NCBI GenBank assembly: GCA_043228905.1
Contig: JBHGNT010001167.1
Coordinates: forward strand, 1-11,308
DNA from: Azolla caroliniana
Lineage: Eukaryota > Plantae > Polypodiophyta
Length of the DNA: 11,308 nt
Direction of reading: 5' to 3'
Shown here: positions 6,417-11,308 of the stretch, piece by piece
How positions within the stretch are numbered: position 1 is the stretch's first letter
Layout of the letters: each line of letters begins with the position of its first letter
Notes under the pieces: model-generated
The model's database searches: none
Told to the model about the DNA's origin: nothing
The model's input: the letters and a program-made list of their open reading frames with translations, nothing else
Program-made: the position numbers and the translations under genes

Positions 6417-9400
6417 TTAACCCTTTCGGTCGGAGTGTCTGCTCACACGGCCCTTCTCAGCTTCCTTATTGTTGTGGTGTTGGCGCCTCTTCCGCTTGGC
6501 CCTTGGTTGATTCAGCGTATCCGAATCAAACATCCGAACCGACTCAGTTACCTCCGATTGGTTTTCGCTCTTGTCCGAGTTGGCTGTCTCCAACTCATCT
6601 TCGGTCTTCTTGCCCTTGACGGCATCATCTCCCCCATGCTTGGTTGGCTTCAGCTCTTTCTTTTGGCTACTCCCCTTATGTCCGCTTTTGGACTCTTCTG
6701 CGGATCCGCCCTCGGCTTTTTCAGCCAATCCGAAGTCGAATTCGTCATCCGACTTGGTGTCACGATCTTTTCCGCTCCTTTCCTGCTCCCTTCCGTGGTC
6801 ATCTGGGACGTCTCTCCCCCTCAAGTTTGGCACGTTGAAGTGACGCAACCCAAGCACACCCGAGACGCAACTTGTCCAGACCAAGAAGCTTGCTGAAAAT
6901 ATTGGCGTGTTGCCGATCCATCGGAACATACTGAAGTTCGACTTCACCAGAAAGGAAACGCTCACGAACAAAATGGTAGTGCACCTCAATGTGCTTGGTC
7001 TGTGTGTGGAAAACGGGGTTCTTCGCGAGCTGGATGTTGCTGAGGTTATCGCAGTAGATCGTCGTTGGATCGGACACCTCCTCTTGCAGGTCCTTAAGTA
7101 GCCGCTTCAACCATATGGCTTCGCATGTCGCGACAGCCGCTCCTCTATACTCAACTTTGGTGCTCGACAGTGCAACTGTCGACTGCTTCTTACTGCTCCA
7201 CGCTATCACAGCACTCCCAAGAGAGAATGTGTATCCGGACATGGATTGGCGATCAGCGGCGTTGCCAGCCCAATCAGCATCGGTGTAGCCGACCAACTGC
7301 GAGGTTGTACCGGTTCGATATAGCAGTCCCCGGTCCTTAGTGCCGCTTACATACCGCAGTACATGTTGCGCACACTGAAGGTGCCCCTCGGTAGGTTGCG
7401 CCATGAACTGACTAGTCACCCCGACTGGATAACTAAGATCAGGTCGGGTGATTGTCAAGTAGATAAGGCTTCCGACAATTTGTCGGAACCTCGTCGGGTC
7501 GCATACCTTCCCGGAATTGGGGCGAAGCTTGACGGTTCTATCCAGAGGAGTCGAGACGGCCTTACAGTCTGCCATCCCGAATTTGAAGAGCATATTCAGC
7601 ACGTAATGACGTTGGCTGATCCGTATGCCTTCGGGGGTGCGGATCACTTCGATCCCGAGGAAGTAATGAAGGTCCCCCAGATCCTTCATATCGAATGATT
7701 CCGCAAGCTTGAGCTTCACGCGGTCGATTTCACCTAGGTCGGCGCTAGTGATGACCAAGTCATCAACATATAGTAAAATACTAACCAGACCGAGTCGACC
7801 TTTCCGAATGAACAGGGACGAGTCCGATTTTGACGTTGCAAACCCCATCTGACGCACTTGCTGCGTGATCTTCGCGTTCCAGGCACGCGGGGCTTGCTTT
7901 AGTCCGTAAAGGGACTTCTTCAATCGGCACACCGTCGATGTGTTCGTTCCGGAGTGAAATCCAGGGGGTTGTACCATGTACATCTGTTCCTCAAGCTCAC
8001 CTTGCAGGAACGCATTCTTTACATCCATCTGATGTAAGTGCCACCCCTTTGCCGCAGCTACCGTGAGCAAAACACAGACGGTCGTCATCTTCGCGACCGG
8101 CGCAAACGTCTCATCGTAGTCGATGCCGTGTTTCTACGCGTAGCCTTTTGCCACTAACCGGGCCTTGTATCGGTTGACCTAGCCGTCGGTCTTGTACTTG
8201 ACCTTGTACACCCACCTACATCCGATCGGCTTCACACCCTTTGGTGCGTCAACCAGGTCCCAGGTCTTGTTTTCCGCCAATGCGTGCATCTCTTCCTCCA
8301 TCACGGCGCGCCAATTCGCATCCTTAGCCGCTTCTACGTAGCTCTCTGGCTCACGCACTTCAGCTACACGGGTCATGTACACATAATCATGCGCCATGTA
8401 CTCGTTGTAACCGAACCGCACAACTGGGTTCCTCTGGTGGGTAGATCGGCGTAATCGGTCATTAGCCGATGTCGAGGTCTTCTCGGCCGACATGAACTTC
8501 GCTCTTGAAGACCCGTCACCGCTTCCCTCGGAGTCGGACTCGCGTCGGTCTGACTCGTTCCTATCCGTGCCATAATCTGACATCTTCTTCTTCCCTTTTT
8601 CTTTGCGCATAAGCCGTCTCCTCGGCTTCCTGCGCGGGGAATGCACAGCCAAGTCTCCACTACTTGCCGGCTCTTTATCAGACTAGTCGAACCGACTCAG
8701 TTGTCCATTCAGTCTGCTTAACCGAAACGAAATCGGACTCTCTTCGCGGGTTCCGATTTCAGGCTCATCCGTAGGCATCTCGGCCTCGCTGACCTCATCG
8801 TCAGACCTCGGATTGGAGGTGAGGTCCGGAGTCGGAGGCGAGTACCAGGACGCGGACTCGTCAAACACAACGTCGCGGCTCACGCGCGCTTGTTTGGTGC
8901 ATGGGTTATAACATTTATAACCCTTCTACTCGTCCGAATAGCCGACCAAGATACACTTCTCGGCCTTTGCATCCAACTTCCTCCTTTTCTCCTTCGGTAT
9001 ATGCACATACGCAATGCTACTGAAAACTCTAAAGTGTCGTAGATTTGGCTTCCTTCTGAAATACTGCTCATGCGTCGACACTTTTTCTCCGATCCGATTC
9101 TGGATGTACACCGCGGTCCTTACCGCCTCGGCCCAGTAGAACTTCGGCAAGCTCTTCTCCTCCAGCATTGCCCGTGCCGCTTCCACAACCGACCGATTTT
9201 TCCACTCGGCCACACCGTTTTGCTCCGGCATGTATCTACAACTGAATTCGCATCGAATTCCCATCTGTTGTAGATAACCGTTGAATTGACCGGAAAAGTA
9301 TTCTTTTCCGCCATCCGACCGCAAGCACTTGATCTTTCTTCCTATTTCCGTTTCCACGAACCCTTTGAGGTCCCGAAAATAGTCGAAGACTTCGCTCTTC

Positions 9401-11264
9401 CTCTCCATGAGGTAGATCCACGTGTGCCGCGTGTAGTCGTCGATGAAGGAGACGAAATATCGGCTCCCACCAAGAGTAACGTTTTGTGTCGGCCCACACA
9501 CATCGAAGTGTATCAAGTCGAGGTTGTTCCGGCTCCGGTTACGCTTGTTGGGGAAGGGACGTCAGTGTTGCTTCCCAAGCTGGCAGGCTTCACAAATTTG
9601 TGCCTTCCGGCCACTAAATTTGGGCAATCCGAACACCACCTGTTTCGATTGCAGGTCCTGAAGCCGTTGGTAGTTGACGTGGCCTATCCATTTGTGCCAT
9701 AAGTCGATGTCCGACTCAACTTTTTGTCCCTTCGTGAACATTGCGGTGCCACCGTCAGTAGAGTTGAGGATGAACATCCTCCCATCTCTGCGTCCTTGCG
9801 CAATAACACGGCCTTCTTCCTCAATGAAGCACCCGAGGTGTGTAAACCAAACCTGCATCCCCTGGTCGATGATCTGCCCGACCGACACCAGATTCTTCGT
9901 GATTGTCGGGACGTGTAACACGTTCATAAGTTTCCCTTTCTGCCCAACATGGCTCAAGGAAACTTCACTGACATTCGCGATTGGATGTGGAGAGTCGTCT
10001 CCGGTTGCAACTACCCCTGGTCGACGATCTGCCCGACCGACACCAAATTCTTCGTGATTGTCGGGACGTGTAACACGTTTATAAGTTTCCCTTTCTACCG
10101 GACATGGCTCAAGGGAACTTCACTGACATTCGCGATTGGATGCGGAGTGTCGTCTCCGGTTGCGACTACTCCTGGTTGCGTCGGTTTCTCAAGGTATGAG
10201 AACCACTCCTCGTGGCACGTCATGTGGTTTGATGCACCGGAGTCGACGTACCACACCTCCTCCAACTTCAGGGTGATCTTCTTCATTGAGTTTGCTTCGT
10301 GTCTCGTCACGAAGACTGACCCTTTTCCGGCTTCTCCGGATCCTTCGGCATAGTGCGATCTTTGCCGATTTCCTTTGTCGGTCTATCCGGAACCTGTTTC
10401 GGACCCGGTTCTCTCCAAATCGGCACGCTTTTCCCAGCACTCGCTCTCCTTGTGGCCTTTCTTGCCACAGTACCAGCATTCCACGGTGGATTTCCCTTGC
10501 CGGTTCTCGTCGCCTCGACTCCCCCTGTTTTCAGAGGGTCTAGAATTGCTATGGGCATCACTTCGGTGCCTTCTTCCTTGATCTCGTCGGCCGCCTCCAT
10601 TGCGCACCGACTCGCCTTGTCCTCCACGTCCACGGGGCCTATCTCCCTCCGTGTACAACATCTTGTTGTCAGTGTGCGTGCTCGTTGACGCACCCGCATG
10701 GTTCTCCTCTACCAGGAGCATCGACTGTATGTCGAAAAAGGACGGCGTATTCTCCCAGGTACAAACAGCAGTTCGGAACGCTCCGAACTTTGACGCCAAA
10801 CCCCCGAGATAGACCTGGACCATCTCGCTTTCCTCGATGTTCACATCGATGGAAGCTAAGGAGTCGCATATGTCCTTGATCTTCAAGATATAGTCAGCCA
10901 CCGACAAGTCGCATTGTCGTAGGTTGTTGAACTCCTATCGGAGCTGAAGCTTCCTGGTTGTGGTGCTTGTGGCAAAGATCTCCTTCATATTTTCCCATGC
11001 ACCCTTCGACATTTTTGCATCCCGAACGTAGCTTAATAGTTGTTCGCCCACACAAGACGCGAAACAGTACAGCACTCTGCTTGCCGATTCTTCCCACGCC
11101 GGGAAGTCTTTCTGTGTCGATTCAGGTGTCGCGTCATTCACTCCTTTGACATAGCTCTAGTAACCGTGCCCAAGCAGGTACTGGTGCATCTTGTAGGACC
11201 AAGATGTGTAGTTGGTTCTGTCAAGCTTCTTCATCGGAAGCGAGCTAGCCATTCCTCTGTCCAT
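6417..11264 (-). pseudogene. gag-pol: Copia-2 gag-pol pseudogene including a charged C-terminal extension
   Basis: Starts MDRGMASSLPMKKLDRTNYTSWSYKM. Zinc knuckle CWYCGKKGHKESEC (10437-10478), protease WYVDSGASNHMT, HHCC LWHKWIGH...CEAC, integrase IHFDVCGP/RSDGGKEY/QNGVAE, RT YVDD (7759-7770), RNase H YTDADWAG. Nine in-frame stops and two frameshifts (155-bp duplication; small deletion at about 6865). Confidence 0.95.
9859..10168. repeat. 155-bp tandem duplication in the Copia-2 protease region
   Basis: Copies 9859-10013 and 10014-10168 differ at 10 positions by manual alignment. Confidence 0.95.
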
Positions 11265-11308
11265 CGGTTTTCTTGTTCTTCTTCGTTGGTTTTTCCTTCA
11301 AGCAAAGT

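Larger units (their letters stand above)
5875..11308 (-). mobile_element. Ty1/Copia LTR retrotransposon Copia-2, nearly complete (5' LTR and PBS lie beyond the window)
   Basis: gag, protease, integrase, RT and RNase H in Copia order, then PPT and 3' LTR. Confidence 0.96.

Noticed and set aside
6907-11149. Many short + strand and alternate-frame ORFs over Copia-2
   Set aside because: These are shadow ORFs of GC-rich gag-pol with no independent motifs.
11265-11308. Primer-binding site or 5' LTR of Copia-2
   Set aside because: Only purine-rich leader is visible on -, with no TGGTATCAGAGC-like PBS inside the window.

Overview
This window is eukaryotic DNA made almost entirely of nested LTR retrotransposons, with no host gene. 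The host is probably a land plant, possibly a non-seed lineage (inference). From left to right it contains: (1) the 3' end of a Ty3/Gypsy element on + (open integrase frame, PPT, 648-bp 3' LTR at 964-1611); (2) an AT-rich segment (1612-1895) that ends like a related LTR and carries tRNA-like Pol III A/B boxes; (3) a decayed Ty1/Copia element on + (Copia-1: integrase-RT-RNase H, 432-bp 3' LTR at 4619-5050); (4) a 77-bp putative LTR end (5051-5127); (5) a Tnt1-like Copia gag-protease fragment on - (Copia-3, 5128-5874); (6) a nearly complete, pseudogenised Copia on - (Copia-2: gag ATG at 11264, 431-bp 3' LTR at 5875-6305). Copia-1 and Copia-2 belong to one lineage and share unusual cis-architecture: a relict PPT at the canonical pol end followed by 300-500 bp of extra sequence (a 132-aa charged Pol tail in Copia-2), an inverted repeat enclosing the PPT/LTR junction, and an AGTCC-N5-GGACT palindrome beside the TATA box. 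All coordinates were read by eye and no database search was run, so novelty is untested.
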